A DNA stretch of 63,395 bases, counting the filler, from Dimorphilus gyrociliatus (Eukaryota > Animalia > Annelida), in NCBI GenBank assembly GCA_904063045.1. It is 4 parts of 4 records of this genome, joined end to end, with 100 filler letters (N's around TTAATTAATTAA, not from the genome) between each part and the next. Parts side by side here need not be neighbours in the genome. Positions count along the whole stretch, not along the records: positions 1 to 24,564 come from CAJFCJ010000163.1; 3 more parts are not named here. The stretch is one strand, 5' to 3'. Position 1 is the first letter of the stretch. Every line of letters starts with the position of its first letter. The translations under genes were made by a program, and so were the position numbers. Positions 12,417-23,841 of the stretch are shown here, in pieces. Under the pieces are notes generated by a model. The model was not told the origin of the DNA. It worked only from the letters and a program-made list of their open reading frames with translations, and did no database searches.

Positions 12417-13052
12417 TGTACTGCTCTTGCTGGCAAAATCTATGCGTTTGCAAGTTATAACAATACTGGTTCTACTCAAACCTTTAAACAAATGTTTAAA
12501 TTAAAACGGTTTATTCGCAATAATAATACTTAAGCAAGTAACGATATGAGAGTTCGATAGCAGAGTAGATAGTTTGTAAAAGCAGGTTGCCAAATTACCA
12601 AACTGTCTTCTAATGTTGAGGAGTAGATGGATGGTTCCAGTGGAGGTTGTTTCCAGATGACTTTCCCAGGTCCTTGGGTCCAGATGGAAGCTGCATGCCA
12701 AATGAGAATAATGAGGATTTATATACTTTGAGGTTTGTCTCTGACATCCAATCATCACTTTACAGTTGCCGAAATGTGTAGTTCATATTTATCTTTAGTA
12801 ACAGGATGTTACAAGGTTCAACATTTAGGAAGGTTAATTGAATTATAACTTGGCCACACTTTAGGCAAGTTAATTAAATTATAACTTGGCCAAACCTTTA
12901 TTGGTAATTAAAGATGAGCCTTCAAGCTGACTAATCAGACTTATGTTTGGCCAATGTTATAGCATTTTCTTGCGTAGGTTTTAAGATGTACATGTATATG
13001 TTGCATAAAATAATAGAGTTCAAGCATGTAAAATATAACCAAAGTTGTACAA
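12417..13052 (+). repeat. 636-bp leader segment, near-identical to 47977-48612 and its mirror 55609-56245
   Basis: Same ends (tgtactgctc...gttgtacaa) and same length in two contigs; contains a duplicated ttaattRaattataacttggcca motif and a splice-acceptor-like ttttcttgcgtag. Confidence 0.9.
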
Positions 13053-16000
13053 TGCATTGACCTATCTAACTGTGGGTTGGGATCAGATATTGGTAATACT
13101 GCTGGTAAAGCAATTGGAAAGCTAAGTGACCTTACTGTGTTACAACTCTCAAATAATCCTCTGGGAACTGAAGTAGGAAAAAATATATTTGAAAATATTA
13201 AAGGAACTTGCACAAAATTAATCCAGATTGCTTTTGACAACTGTGGATTTGGGTCTGAAATTGGCTCAATTGTTGGTGAAGCAATAGGTAAACAAACTCA
13301 ACTATCACTCCTGTATTTGCAACATAATGAAATTGGAACTATAGTCGGAAAGTATATTTTTGAAAATATTAAATTTAACTGCACAAAATTGAGCAAAATT
13401 GCTTTTGACAACTGTGGATTTGATTCTGCAATTGGTCCAATAGTTGGGGAAGCAATAGGTAAACAAACTCAACTAACAGAACTTTTTCTGCAAGATAATA
13501 AATTTGGAACTATAGTTGGAAAGCATATTTTTGAAAATATTAAATTTAACTGTACACATTTGTCAACAATTTGTCTGAATAATTGTGGATTACAATCAGA
13601 AATTGGTCCAATAGTTGGTGAAGTAATTGGTAAGCAAACAGAGCTTACTGGAATATCTTTGACAAAAAATCCAATTGGAACAGAAGTTGGCATTGGAATC
13701 TTTGAAAACATTAAAAGAAATTGCACAAAATTATCAAGTATTTGCTTAAATAACTGTGGAATAGAATCACAAATTGGCCTGGTAATTGGTGAAGCAATAG
13801 GCAAGCAAAAACATCTCACTGCACTGGATCTGTCAAACAATCCACTTGGAACAGAAGTGGGAAAAAATTTAATTGAAAATCTTAAAGCAAATTGCACAAG
13901 ATTATCAGAAATATATCTAAACAACTGTGGATTTGATTCAAATATTGGACCCGCTATTGGTGAAGCAATAGGCAAGCAAAAACAATTAAGTGTCCTTGAC
14001 ATTGGAAACAATGCAGTGGGATCTGTAGTTGGAAGAAATATATTTGAAAACATTAAAGATAATTGTAAGCAAATTAATTAAAATAAATCTAATAAAATGT
14101 GATCTTGAATCAAATATTGGTGAAGCTATTGTTGAAGCAATTGGAAAGCAAAAACAGCTCTCTCAACTGAATCTTTCAGACAATCCACTTGGGACCGAAG
14201 TGGGAAAAAATTTATTTGAAAATATCAAAACAAATTGCACCAGATTATCAGAAATATATCTAAACAACTGTAGATTTGATTCAAATATTGGATGTACTAT
14301 TGCTGAAGCAATAGGTAAACTCAAAGGACTCAAAATATTGACACTTCAAGGTAATTTACTTGGATCAGACATTGGAAAAAATATTTTTGAAAATATTAAA
14401 GCAAATTGTAGACAATTTTTTGGAATTGATTTTGAGAATTGTGGTTTTGACTCAAATGTAGGTTCAGTTGTTGGTGAAGCAATTGGAGAGCAAGAAAGGT
14501 TGTCTAAGTTATATCTAGGTCACAACCATTTTGGCTCAGAAGTTGGAAAACTTATTTTTGAAAATATTGAAAAGAATTGCAGACAATTAACTATTTTGTC
14601 TTTAGCCAATTGTGCATTTGAGCCAAACATTGGTAGCATTATAGGAAAAGCTATTGGGAAGCTTAAAGAACTTATCTACCTGAATCTGAATGATAATCAG
14701 TTTGGATATGAAGCTGGGAAAAGTATTTTTGAAAATATCAAAAATTCTTGTATAAAATTGACACAGTTGGAGCTTGGTAATTGTGGATTTAATTCAGATA
14801 TTGGTTGCGTTATAGGAGAGGCAATTGGAAAACAAACTAAACTCACTACATTGTATCTTCAAAATAATCAACTTGGAACAGAAGTGGGCAGACATATTTT
14901 TGAAAATATAAAGTTGAATTGCACAGAATTAACAACAATTTGTTTTGTTTCATGTGAGTTTGCACCAAATATTGGTTGTGGTATAGGAGATGCAGTTGGG
15001 AAACAAAAGAAACTTACAAGATTGTACCTTTATAATAATATATTGGGATCAGTAGTTGCGATGAGTATTTTTGAAAATATTAAGTTGAATTGCACACAAT
15101 TAACTTTAATTAATCTTTCTTTTTGTGAACTAGAATCAAACATTGGTTTTGTCATTGGAGATGCAATTGGAAAACAAAAAGGACTTAAATGGTTGAATCT
15201 TGAAGGTAATAAATTGGGATCAGAAGTTGGAAAGAGTATCTTTGAAAATATTAAGTTGAATTGCTCAGATTTAAGTGCAATCAGTCTTGCTTCTTGTGAA
15301 CTAGAATCAAACATTGGTTGCGTTATTGGAGATGCAATTGGACGACAAACCAACCTTACCACATTGCATCTGTATAATAATTCACTTGGAACAGAAGTAG
15401 GCAGACATTTTTTTGAAAATATTAAGTTGAATTGCAATGGGTTAACTACAATTAATCTGGCTTCTTGTGCATTTGAATCAAACATTGGCTGTGTCATTGG
15501 AGATGCAATTGGAAAACAAAAAGGACTTAAATGGTTGAATCTTGAAGGTAATAAATTGGGATCAGAAGTTGGAAAGAGTATCTTTGAAAATATTAAGTTG
15601 AATTGCTCAGATTTAAGTACAATCAATCTTGCTTCTTGTGAACTAGAATCAAACATTGGCTGTGTCATTGGAGATGCAATTGGAAAACAAACTGGACTCC
15701 AATGGTTGAAGCTTGAAAATAATAAAATTGGTTCAGAAGTTGGAAAGAGTATATTTGAAAATATTAAGTTGAATTGTAGGTATTTAATAACAATTAGTTT
15801 TGCTTCTTGTGAACTAGAATCAAACATTGGTTGTGTTATTGGAGATGCAATTGGAAAACAGAGAGAACTTACTTATTTGGACATTTCACATAATAATTTG
15901 GGATCAGAAGTTGGAAGATATATCTTTGAAAATATTAAAGAAAATTGCACTAAATTATCCATATTAAAACTAGAAAACTGTAACTTTAAATCAGATATTG

Positions 16001-16350
16001 GTTCTGTTGTTGGTGAGGCAATTGGTAAACAAATAAGTCTAACTGCATTAAGTCTTCAAGATAATCCTCTTGAAACCAAAGTTGGAAAAAGTATCTTTGA
16101 GAATATTAAGATAAACTGCAGGAATTTGTCAAAAATTTTATTAAGGAAATGTAACTTTGATTCAAGCATTAGTTTTCTTGCGCTGGAAGCAAGTCAAAAA
16201 CAGAATATGAATGTAGTTTTATCTCTGGATGACAGCTTAATGAAAAGTATAAATGAAAAGCATACCACTGAAGGCGTATCATCAAAGAAATTGCATTCTA
16301 AAGATAGTTTGAAGAAAAAGAATCGAACAAAAATATGCCTACTGTTGTGA
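13053..16350 (+). CDS. Intronless ribonuclease-inhibitor-type LRR protein with about 37 alternating 28/29-aa repeats and a C-terminal polybasic + CLLL CaaX; +1 frameshift at 14067-14068; 5' junction disrupted
   Basis: 57-aa (171-bp) period alternating xxNC and xxNN/HN/DN repeats; 18 Asn-type and 19 Cys-type repeats counted; ends KKKNRTKICLLL*. Confidence 0.85.
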
Positions 16351-16369
16351 TTTTTAAAGATTATATGTA

Positions 16370-16570
16370 CCTCTACAATTTTAGCAGTTGATTATTCAGT
16401 TCTTAAAGTATCAGTTTGTGTGTTCAAACTTGCTTGTTTAGAAGTAGAAACTAATTTTTTTCAATAAATTTTTTTATGCAAAATACTTGTAATTTTGTTA
16501 AAATTTCTGGATGGACTTGAAGGGATCTATTTGTTTGAACACTTTGGCAAATTGGTGAATGAGAGTGGTT
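16370..16570 (-). repeat. Diverged copy of the trailer repeat just after the LRR-CaaX stop
   Basis: The reverse complement matches 49440-49640 (ccaaagt...aaatagaacc...agtttctaXttctaaacaag...aagaactg). Confidence 0.65.
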
Positions 16571-16899
16571 TAGCTACATTTAAAAGAATAGGGGTGAAAT
16601 CATACCCCTTTTAGTGAAACCGTACCCATGAAATTGTAGATATACTGTATATACATATATTACTAAGAAAATGATAATAGACTAAGACATAACTTTGAAA
16701 GATAAAAATATGAAACTTTGTATAAAATTGTTAGCTTTTTTCATTTTTAATATATTTTTATAAATATATATTTTAATTGTTGATTATTATATTCTCACTA
16801 TATTATCATTAGCTCCCAAAATAGAGCAATTTTTTTACCATTCAAATATCTTTTTCCACTCCTTCAGACTTTTTTTCCCATACTCAATCAAGAATGTAA

Positions 16900-17260
16900 A
16901 AGAATCTTTATAAAGATCTCCACAAAGTATTCAACATATTTAATTGAAGGTACACCAAAACACTAAAAAGATGGCAGTATATCTTGTCAAATAGTTTTAA
17001 ATATATATACGGAATTCTTACTTTTGAGCAAATGTACTCAGGCCTTAATAAGTTACAATTCATCATTTGGAACTTGTGGAGTTTTTGTGTACAGATATCC
17101 ACCAGACTAAAAATTTTAAGAAACTAAAAACTTTTAAATCACTAGTTGAAAAGTTTAAGTGGCTTTTTAAGTAATAATAAAATGAAAGAGATAATCCATT
17201 GTCATAGGTTCTTTTCATTTTCTTTTGTAAAATATGATCTAAATCCTTATAATTTTTCAA
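16900..17260 (-). pseudogene. Possible decayed LRR-family fragment
   Basis: DLKVFSFLKF resembles the NLNFLK motif, and the fragment lies downstream of an inverted leader copy; weak. Confidence 0.25.
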
Positions 17261-17524
17261 TAATGTTTAATTATTATTTAAAAGGTAATTTCAATTCTGT
17301 CATATATTCTATTCATTAAATTGGTGTTTTTTATTTTGTATTACTTCAAACAAATTGTTTTCATGTAGAGTCTAAAGTTTTGTGCTGATTTGCATTCATG
17401 TTGCTACAGTATTTAAATTGCAGAATTTGTAAATTGAATGACGCAATTTTTCTTTTGTATCTAGTCCTATTAACATAGGCCTTTAATCTACCTCAGGTAA
17501 TACCATAACACACATCTTTACTTG

Positions 17525-17660
17525 TAATGTTAGGCCAGATTATAATTCAATAAACTCGCCTAAATGCTGGACTTTTTAACATCCTGTTACTAAAGATAAA
17601 CCTGAACTGGACAGTTCACCAACTATAAAGTGATGATTGAATGTCAAAAGTATATTAACC
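17525..17660 (-). repeat. Inverted diverged copy of the leader repeat
   Basis: aacatcctgttactaaagataaa and aagtgatgatt are reverse complements of 12750-12810. Confidence 0.7.
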
Positions 17661-17917
17661 CGCATTGCTTCATTCCAATCATTTTTATCTTCTTACAAAG
17701 CCATTCATAAAAATCATTTAATCAAATTCCAAGGCTAAAAATTAAATTTCAATTTTATTTGACATTTCTAGAAAGTAGTATTTAGAAAAATGTTCAAGAT
17801 CCTTATTGGCCTCTGCTGGGAAAAAGTACTTAGTGAGGTTCGCATTTTTATAAACACCATTTGAATGGAAACCAGCACAAGGAACTATTGATTGATTCAA
17901 GTTGAAAAATATATAAG

Positions 17918-19888
17918 ATGATTAATGTTGTATTTTTTCATAAAAATATATCTATATCTTTTAAAAGAGTTCATTCTCTGTATCTATTGATTTTCGTATT
18001 ATTTTTATTCTCTTTTAAACAACATAATACTGGCTCTACTATTAGATATGAAATAACAGCTAAGACTAATGCTACTCAAAAGAAAACTTTTCAAATTGTT
18101 AAACTTTTAGCTGAGAAACCGGATTGTGAGAGACCAAAGATGGAATTATGGCCAAATGGTGTTAATAAAATAAATCTAAAATTCAAGCCTGTCATCTGTG
18201 ATCCTCCTTCATCGGAATGGTTTGTTATTAGTAATAGAAAAATATTATTTACAACAACTGCAAAGAAGTATATTTCGAATAATAGCGTTTCTTGTGAATT
18301 ACATGTTCTTGATGTTAATGAGTATTTAGAAAGAAACCTTAGATTTAAGGGTAGATTGTATAATATACAAACTTATAAGAATATCATAAATGGAATGAAA
18401 GTTCCTTCTGATGTCTTCTCAATTCATTGCTCTAAAAGCAGTGAATCAAAATATATATTCGAAAATATATATTTAACGATTAAACCTCATAAAAATATTA
18501 CTTTAAATCCACCGACACCTAATCCATCATCTGGTGAGCCCAAATGGAATATTTTAATTTGCTGTTTCGATTCTTTATCAAGACTCTCCTGGCAAAGATT
18601 TCTACCTAAAACAATTAAAGCATTTAAGGATATTGGAGGAGTTTGGTTTGATAAATCTAACATTATCGATTTTGGAACGCTAGGATCATTTATACCTCTT
18701 CTAACAGGAAAATTTCAGCGTGAACTCCACAAGGCTCTTCGTGGTCAGAAAGGAGCCAGAAGTATTGATGATTATCCATGGATTTGGGAAGAGTTAAAAC
18801 ATCAAAACTATTCTACACTCTTAGCAGATTATAGTACTTTCAATTTTAAATTACTGGGATTTAATACAACTCCTACTCATCACTATGGAAGACCATTTTT
18901 CTTGGCTGCTATGAAAAATAGGAGAAAGCATAAGAGATATTGTCTAAAATCAAAGATTAGACTAGAAATACTGCAAAATTATATTGAAGAATTTTGGAAT
19001 ACTTATAGTAAGAATCCAAAAATGGCTCTTGCGAATTACGAAGAAATGTCACATGACAGTTTTGGCGATATCAGGGCAGCAGATAAAATACAAGCTGATT
19101 GGCTGAAAAGAATGTTAGAATCTAAAAGATTGGAAAATACAATATTTATTTTAATGTCTGATCATGGCGGAAGATTTGGAGAGCTCAGAAAAATGAAACA
19201 AGCTGAATGGGAAATGCTTAATCCCTATTTTGGTGTAAGACTGCCTGACAGTTTTAAACAACTACATCCAATAGAATCAACATACTTAGAAAGCAATAGA
19301 GATGTTTTAATAACTACTTTAGATATCCATGCTACATTTAGCCATATCATCAGATTTGCTACAAATGATTCAGTTAAACTAGAAGTTCATAGTCGGTCTA
19401 AGAGCCTACTGACACTGCTACCAAAAAATCGAACATGCTCAGCTGCAAATGTTCAAAAGAGATTCTGTCTCTGCCATACATATAAAAAAGTTAATGTATC
19501 TGACACTGTTGTTCTCAATGTAACTAAAGTTCTTTTAAGAAACATGACAGATTCCTTGAAACCAATAAGACAACTTTGCAAACCTTTGCAGTTGAAAAGC
19601 ATACTTGAAGCATATAAAGTTGATAGGTTTGTTCCAGGAAAAAATCTTTTAAACACCATCAATAAAGTTTACAAAGTCAGTTTCTTAGTAGATTTCTTCT
19701 ATGGACAATATGAATCATATGTTTCTGTGACATTTGATATCAGCCATACTGTTATATTAAATATAGAAATACAAGAATTAAATAGAATGGATATGTATGG
19801 AGATCAGGCTAACTGCATAGAAAGAGATCATCCTTGGTTAGCTCCCTATTGTTATTGCTTAAATTATAAAAGGAACACAATTGTCTAA
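17918..19888 (+). CDS. DUF229-family (alkaline phosphatase/sulfatase-like) type II membrane protein
   Basis: N-terminal TM, NILICCFDSLSRLSWQRFLPKT, EMSHD, ILMSDHGGRFG, RTCSAANV..RFCLC, and C-terminal YCYC. Confidence 0.85.
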   Translation: MINVVFFHKNISISFKRVHSLYLLIFVLFLFSFKQHNTGSTIRYEITAKTNATQKKTFQIVKLLAEKPDCERPKMELWPNGVNKINLKFKPVICDPPSSEWFVISNRKILFTTTAKKYISNNSVSCELHVLDVNEYLERNLRFKGRLYNIQTYKNIINGMKVPSDVFSIHCSKSSESKYIFENIYLTIKPHKNITLNPPTPNPSSGEPKWNILICCFDSLSRLSWQRFLPKTIKAFKDIGGVWFDKSNIIDFGTLGSFIPLLTGKFQRELHKALRGQKGARSIDDYPWIWEELKHQNYSTLLADYSTFNFKLLGFNTTPTHHYGRPFFLAAMKNRRKHKRYCLKSKIRLEILQNYIEEFWNTYSKNPKMALANYEEMSHDSFGDIRAADKIQADWLKRMLESKRLENTIFILMSDHGGRFGELRKMKQAEWEMLNPYFGVRLPDSFKQLHPIESTYLESNRDVLITTLDIHATFSHIIRFATNDSVKLEVHSRSKSLLTLLPKNRTCSAANVQKRFCLCHTYKKVNVSDTVVLNVTKVLLRNMTDSLKPIRQLCKPLQLKSILEAYKVDRFVPGKNLLNTINKVYKVSFLVDFFYGQYESYVSVTFDISHTVILNIEIQELNRMDMYGDQANCIERDHPWLAPYCYCLNYKRNTIV

Positions 19889-21606
19889 TTTTTTTTACAG
19901 CTATACTAAAAAATATGTTAAAGTGTAAGGTTTTGATGATTGGATTCTTTTCAAGAATAAATATCTCACTGTCTGATTTTAAACACTAAAACTTACATTC
20001 CATATTTCACTACTTGTAAATGAGTCACTAGTTCTGAACTCAGAAGTTTATTCAAAAGAACTATTTTTCTATCTGCTATTGGAGAGACTGTATTACTTTC
20101 TTTTATGTTATAGCCTATAGTCTAGTCCAAAAAAATTGACAATTGTATTTTCTAATATTCCTTTCCTTTCTCTATTCAAGCCTGCCATTTTCTTGGAAGT
20201 AGGTTGATATTGTTCTGATAAAAAGGAGAATGGCTTTCTCCTTAGAAAATCTTTGATTCAAATTATCATAATGGACCCCTCTGATATGGTCCTTCAATCT
20301 CCCAAAAAGATAATAGTCAGTATTGGAAGATTATTGAAAGGCAAACGTCACTGCTTATTTCCCTAAAAGAATTTGTGGGAAAAAGATATGTGGGAAATAG
20401 TGACATTTAGAAATATTTTATGCTTTGATATCAGTGCCATAAAATGTTGTCAATGTAATTTTACTGTCTAGTTACGTCTTAAGTTATGAATAAAACTAGG
20501 CAATTTAATGTTTTCAAAGATAGTTTTATTCAATGCAGATACGAATTATTTAAATATATAAAAAAGTGGTTTCTATTTTCTATCCTATACTGCAACTACA
20601 TCTTTAAGGACCACATGCCATTTTTTAACAAGGTTCAGAAATGTATACTTCCAGTAGATCTGGAATATTCTCTTTAACTCCACTTTTCAAACCTCAAATA
20701 GAACAAGCTTTCAACTCTATGGCTGTTGGTAGCAAAAATGGTTATCAAACTTCCTGGTCTGGTTTTCTTTGTGAATCTAATAGTTTTTTTTTATGAACAT
20801 TATTGAATGCTGATAGAAGTGAATTGGCAGTGTCAGCTGCAGGTTGGTATTTTTTCAAATTTGGAACTGGTTACCCATCCCGGGACAAATGAGTAGTCAG
20901 CCTAACAATAAATAATGATACAGCATAAATGGAAAGATCTCTAGCCAAGGGTCATACCTCTAAAGAAAATAGTCAAGGCTCTAGAGGAGCAATTGCTCGA
21001 TGAAATGAAAAGTCCAGCATTTTATGCCTATAGAACAACAAATTTAATGACATTGTCAAGAGTAAAATTTGATTTTGATCAAGTTGTTCTAGATACAAAT
21101 TCTGGTTACCAACCATAAAAAAAAACATATAAAGTGGCAATTTCCGGTTTATAATAAATTGATGTTCCTGTTGGAATATGGGGATTTTCACAATTTGTAA
21201 TATATATAATAGTAAATAGTGAACAAAAGCTAGGTATGCAAAGACTGACTGCTCAAACAGGTTATCAGACAATGAGCAGAGACATAATGGACATAATTTT
21301 AATAGTTTAGAATGGCACTTATTTTTTGTTCCATAAGACAATACATTATTCAGATATCCAGTCAATATTTGCAATATATCGTCTGCTCTACAGAATTTGT
21401 AAGCGGCGCGGGGGCGAGAGCCACTCTACAACACCTTTAGGCCTATTCGCGATAGAAAAAACACCTGTCAAAAATCATTCTAATTTAACAATGTCCATAT
21501 TAAGGATAGGAGAGTGACAAAAAAAAACATATCGAAAGTTTTATTGTGGAATTCTTGGATCATTGAGATTTTAATAAAGTATAAATCTTTATTTCAAATA
21601 GACAAA

Positions 21607-23841
21607 ATGGCGGTTGATTCGTTAAAGGTGGCTTGTTTAAAAATAATTCGAAAAAATTTAGCATACCTTGCAAAAATTTGCCAAGACAAAGGATTAGCTT
21701 TACCGCAAACAGTTGGAGAAATGATACTAGAATTTTCAAATATCAATGATTCGCATTCATTCATCGAAAACGAAATGGAATTTTTCAAATTTAAAAGAAT
21801 AAGTTTATCAAAAATATCTTTAAATTGGAAAAAATTTAAAAATATAATAAATTTTGAATTTTTAAAAAATCAACCAATCAAATCATTAGAATTGGATGGA
21901 AGTTTTAATTTGAATAAATTGTATATAAATGAAAATATTGAAAGGATATCAACAACTTTTAATCCATATTTCAATTTGCAATTTTTAATAAAATTTCTAC
22001 CTCAATGTACTCAACTTCAGTCATTTGAAATTGATTTGAACACGTGTTCAAAATTTAAAATGGATAATCTTTTTAGAAATATTATTAAAGGTTTAAGGAG
22101 ATCATCGTCCGAATTGAAAGAATTAATTTTACTCAATTATGAAATAACGATAATAGAGGAAGAAGAGCAACTCAATCAATTATTGGTAAAATGTTCCAAA
22201 TTAGAGACTTTCCACCTAAATAAACTTCCTTTGACAGATTGCCAAATTCTTTTTTCTGGATTATCAACATTAAATCATACATTAACAAATTTAAATCTTC
22301 AATTAGATTATAAACAACTGGATAATCTTACAGAATTCTTGGGAAGGTGCTCAAAAATTCAAATATTTCAACTTTGTTTTATCCAATCCGTATTGTTCAC
22401 AGAACCATGGCTACCGCAAATTGTTGATAGTTTGCAATTATCATTGGGAAATTTCAAAGAATTTGTATTGAAAACTAATTTGTCCTTGACCTCTGATGAT
22501 GAGAAAAGTTTGGGAAATTTCTTAGAAAATGCTCCAAATATTGAAAAATTCCATTTAGAAAAGTCACTCAATTCAGGAGATGGGTTTTTCTATTCTAGAA
22601 ATAATGGACAAAGCGATATCAGTCCCATCTATACTGGTCTGAAAGCTTCGCAAAACACCTTGAAAGAAATCTATTTGACTGAAAGTCTTAAAACAAATTT
22701 AATAATTAGGGAATTTGGATTAACATTGCAGTATTGCGTAAATCTTTCTACAATATTTGTATCATTTTGCGGTGTTATGCTAAAAGATGAATTTAAGGAA
22801 ATCTGCAATGGTTTAGAAGCATGTTCTGAGAGCCTAGAGCGTATTACATTTGAACATATTTTTCTAAGAATAGAACAGATTAAATGGTTGAGTAGTGCTT
22901 GTGAAAATTGTTTTCGCCTCTCTTCATTCCAGTTGTACGAAAGATCATCCAGATTAAAAAATGAATTCCCCTCATTTGTTGGAGTAGGGAATTTCTTCCA
23001 GTTAGATGTTCTAGGTGGAAGTCAATTTGCTGCAAATGGAGGTTTTGAAATATTTTTAACCAGTTTTATAACATTTAAACCAATGCTCAGCAATCTTCAA
23101 TTGGAAAACTTTGTGCTTACCCCAGCAAAAGCTGAGAGATTGGGTTTTTATTTACAGTCTTGCAGACATCTGTCTCATCTCAACCTAAAAGGAAATTTAA
23201 ATATGGGAAATGGATTACTTAAAATACTGAATGCATTAAAATCTAGGTCAGAAATAATAAAAAGTCTCAATTTTGAAGAGTGCCATTTGACCAGAGAGCA
23301 AGGCTATTGGTTGAGTAATTTTCTAAATGATTGTACAAACTTGGAATATTTAAATTTGAATTATAACAGATTTTTAAAAACAGCAATGGCAAACATTTTA
23401 AATTCAGTGAAAATGTGCAAAAATCTTTGTTATTTATCTCTTATCAACTGTTGTTTAGAGAGCGATGATGATATATCTTCTTTGATAAATTTACTCCAAA
23501 ATCTTACAAATGTTGATAAACTTTATCTATCATTTGATAACCTGAAAGAAGAACAATTTGAAGATATCTCTGTTGGATTGAAATGCTCAAAACAAAGCTT
23601 ACAAGTTCTTTTTCTAGAATTTCCACAAAAATTTAGTTTAAGTAAAAATTCTGTAGAAAATTTTTGTCAAACATTAAAAAAATTAACATCACTGCAAAAA
23701 TTTAATATAAAATATAATCAAATAGAAAATATCACTTTGCAGTGTTCATTGCAGTATCTAAGGTCAGCTTTTAAAAATTCTTCATTTACGATTAATGAAG
23801 AAAATATTGTATGTTTTGTAAATGAATTTCCAAATTACTGA
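21607..23841 (+). CDS. Intronless LRR protein with N-terminal BC-box and Cul2-box (ZYG11/ZER1/PRAME-like architecture)
   Basis: MAVDSLKVACLKII fits (S/T/P)LxxxCxxx(I/V/L/A); LPQTVGEMIL resembles the Cul2 box; followed by RI-type LRRs (LSHLNLKGN, LEYLNLNYN). Confidence 0.7.
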   Translation: MAVDSLKVACLKIIRKNLAYLAKICQDKGLALPQTVGEMILEFSNINDSHSFIENEMEFFKFKRISLSKISLNWKKFKNIINFEFLKNQPIKSLELDGSFNLNKLYINENIERISTTFNPYFNLQFLIKFLPQCTQLQSFEIDLNTCSKFKMDNLFRNIIKGLRRSSSELKELILLNYEITIIEEEEQLNQLLVKCSKLETFHLNKLPLTDCQILFSGLSTLNHTLTNLNLQLDYKQLDNLTEFLGRCSKIQIFQLCFIQSVLFTEPWLPQIVDSLQLSLGNFKEFVLKTNLSLTSDDEKSLGNFLENAPNIEKFHLEKSLNSGDGFFYSRNNGQSDISPIYTGLKASQNTLKEIYLTESLKTNLIIREFGLTLQYCVNLSTIFVSFCGVMLKDEFKEICNGLEACSESLERITFEHIFLRIEQIKWLSSACENCFRLSSFQLYERSSRLKNEFPSFVGVGNFFQLDVLGGSQFAANGGFEIFLTSFITFKPMLSNLQLENFVLTPAKAERLGFYLQSCRHLSHLNLKGNLNMGNGLLKILNALKSRSEIIKSLNFEECHLTREQGYWLSNFLNDCTNLEYLNLNYNRFLKTAMANILNSVKMCKNLCYLSLINCCLESDDDISSLINLLQNLTNVDKLYLSFDNLKEEQFEDISVGLKCSKQSLQVLFLEFPQKFSLSKNSVENFCQTLKKLTSLQKFNIKYNQIENITLQCSLQYLRSAFKNSSFTINEENIVCFVNEFPNY

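Noticed and set aside
12417-13052. Leader as a solo LTR (TG...CA ends)
   Set aside because: No target-site duplication at either copy.
13469-15827. Long antisense ORFs 13469-14053 and 15030-15827
   Set aside because: They are shadows of the repetitive LRR codons on the opposite strand.
13053-16200. CRISPR-like or satellite array
   Set aside because: The 171-bp periodicity is protein-coding LRR; there is no repeat-spacer structure or cas gene.
20000-21500. Possible minus-strand gene remnants
   Set aside because: Multiple stops and no recognisable homology.
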